A stretch of 62,912 nucleotides of DNA, the filler included, from Kipferlia bialata (lineage: Eukaryota), in the NCBI GenBank assembly GCA_003568945.1. It is 6 parts of 6 records of this genome, joined end to end, with 100 filler letters (N's around TTAATTAATTAA, not from the genome) between each part and the next. Parts side by side here need not be neighbours in the genome. Positions count along the whole stretch, not along the records: positions 59,758 to 62,912 come from BDIP01000978.1; 5 more parts are not named here. One strand, written 5' to 3'. The notes beneath the pieces are model-generated. The model was not told the DNA's origin. It was given only the letters and a program-made list of their open reading frames with translations, and made no database searches. The stretch's first letter is position 1; each line of letters starts with the position of its first letter. Below, in pieces: positions 61,511-62,912 of this stretch. The position numbers were made by a program, and so were the translations under genes.

Positions 61511-61997
61511 CAATAGATGAAAAGATACTTCTTTAAAGGTACTAATTACTAATACATAATTCCTATCATAAGATACAACTTTAGATGTACATGCAAATTC
61601 TTGCAATAACAAGTCACGTCTTCAACTCAGAGAGTACAAGTGACAACAATAGATACAAAGAGAACTCTTTAGAGGATCAAGTAGTTTCCTGGAAAATACT
61701 AGTCACTTCTTCTTCAACTCAAAGTGTGACAGACAATAGATGATAGGGTTCTTGACAGTCAGTCAAGAGTAGTTAAGTTGACTATCCGTGCCCATAGTGG
61801 CTGAGAAACACCAACATGTATTGCTTAGATCAGTATCAACCACTCATCAATACACTCTAACACACATCTATATCTATTGAACCCAACAGTACACAATTTC
61901 CTCCTCCCGGGAGGGATTCGTAGAGGAACAAATGTTGTCTCTGACATCATAATAGTTCACAACTTGATCACCTTAAAGGTGCCCTAGTAACAAAGGC

Positions 61998-62867
61998 CTA
62001 GTAACAAAGGTCGTAGTCCACTAGGGGTTAGAAAGTGTCGAAAGATAGTATATATAGAGCATAGTGAGAGTATATATATATATATATATGTGTGTGTACA
62101 AAAATATACTAAATATATATACCTATGATCTCATTGAATGCCCCCCACAGGTCATAGTCCACCATGCACAGGGCACCACCGCCTCTCTTACGCTGTGACT
62201 CCATCCTAAGAGTGAGAGGTCCCGGGTTCGAATCCCCGTATAGATATTATATATATATATATATATATAGTCCACCATGCACAGGGCACCACCGCCTCTC
62301 TTACGCTGGGACTCCATCCTAAGAGTGAGAGGTCCCAGGTTCGAATCCACGTATATATATACTCTCTATATACATTGTCAAATATACACAGGGCACAACC
62401 GCCCCTCATACGCTGTGACTCCATCCTAAGGGTAAGCGGTATATATATGTATATATACATATAGAGAGAGAGAGATGAAGATCATACCTGTTAATGTCTC
62501 CTATGCACACAGTAGGGTGGTCCATACCTATACAGGTATATATATATATATGTGTATAGGTGTATATACATATACTTTCATACTATATACCATACTATAT
62601 ATATATATATACTTATACACCTGTTAATGTCTCCTATGCAGACTGTGGGGTGGTCCATGTCCACAGCCCATATATATACCCACACATCATAAAAATGTAT
62701 ACGTATACCCATATGCTACATGCTATATAGAGAACTATACCAATTCACATATATATAGATATATACATCTATACACCTGTTAATGTCTCCTATGCAGACT
62801 GTGGGGTGGTCCATGCCCACTGCCCACTTGGAGTGGTCCTGGGTCTCGCCAAAGGCATAGCCATCAA
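61998..62867 (-). CDS. Hypothetical protein, terminal exons
   Basis: DGYAFGETQDHSKWAVGMDHPTVCIGDINR|MESQRKRGGGALCMVDYDLWGAFNEII with canonical splice signals. The final exon is uncertain. Confidence 0.5.
62205..62351 (+). pseudogene. Two tRNA T-arm fragments antisense to a duplicated acceptor site
   Basis: CC-TAA-GA-GTGAG-AGGTC-CCGGG-TTCGAAT-CCCCG at 62205-62238 and a decayed copy at 62318-62351. Confidence 0.6.
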
Positions 62868-62909
62868 CTGGGGGTGAGGAGGTCTCGGGTTCGATTCCCA
62901 CAGGAGTCA
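62867..62909 (+). pseudogene. tRNA 3'-half-like fragment antisense to an acceptor site
   Basis: AC-TGG-GG-GTGAG-GAGGTC-TCGGG-TTCGATT-CCCAC-AGGAGTC-A. Confidence 0.5.
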
Positions 62910-62912
62910 CAA

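Noticed and set aside
62205..62238. Complete tRNA gene
   Set aside because: There is no D-arm or acceptor 5' strand; the upstream sequence is a protein exon on the other strand.

Overview
This is eukaryotic, very intron-rich protist DNA. It has micro-exons, (TA)n/(GA)n-rich introns, a branch point fused to the acceptor (YTNAC-N3-5-YAG, e.g. ctcacccccag) and ER/GE-repeat proteins. That style fits a free-living fornicate such as Kipferlia bialata, which is an inference and not a search result. The window is six separate contigs joined by artificial N44-TTAATTAATTAA-N44 linkers. Recognisable spliced genes are an MFS transporter fragment, a histidine acid phosphatase, CDC16/APC6, a RecQ helicase, a KH-motif protein, an RCC1-like protein, HGH1, an SLC12 cation-chloride cotransporter, a DHHC palmitoyltransferase and a RhoGAP, plus several hypothetical genes. 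Three structures stand out. (1) Introns are filled with ~100-nt-periodic 'echoes' of the adjacent exon end or exon start, complete with splice site, and in several arrays these half-exon copies differ from the real exon only at synonymous positions. (2) Antisense tRNA 3'-halves are fused in register to intron branch point/acceptor sites. (3) An intergenic hotspot carries 22-bp inverted triplications matching hairpin-type (hAT-like) transposon excision footprints. Exon boundaries were read by eye and gene spans include introns.
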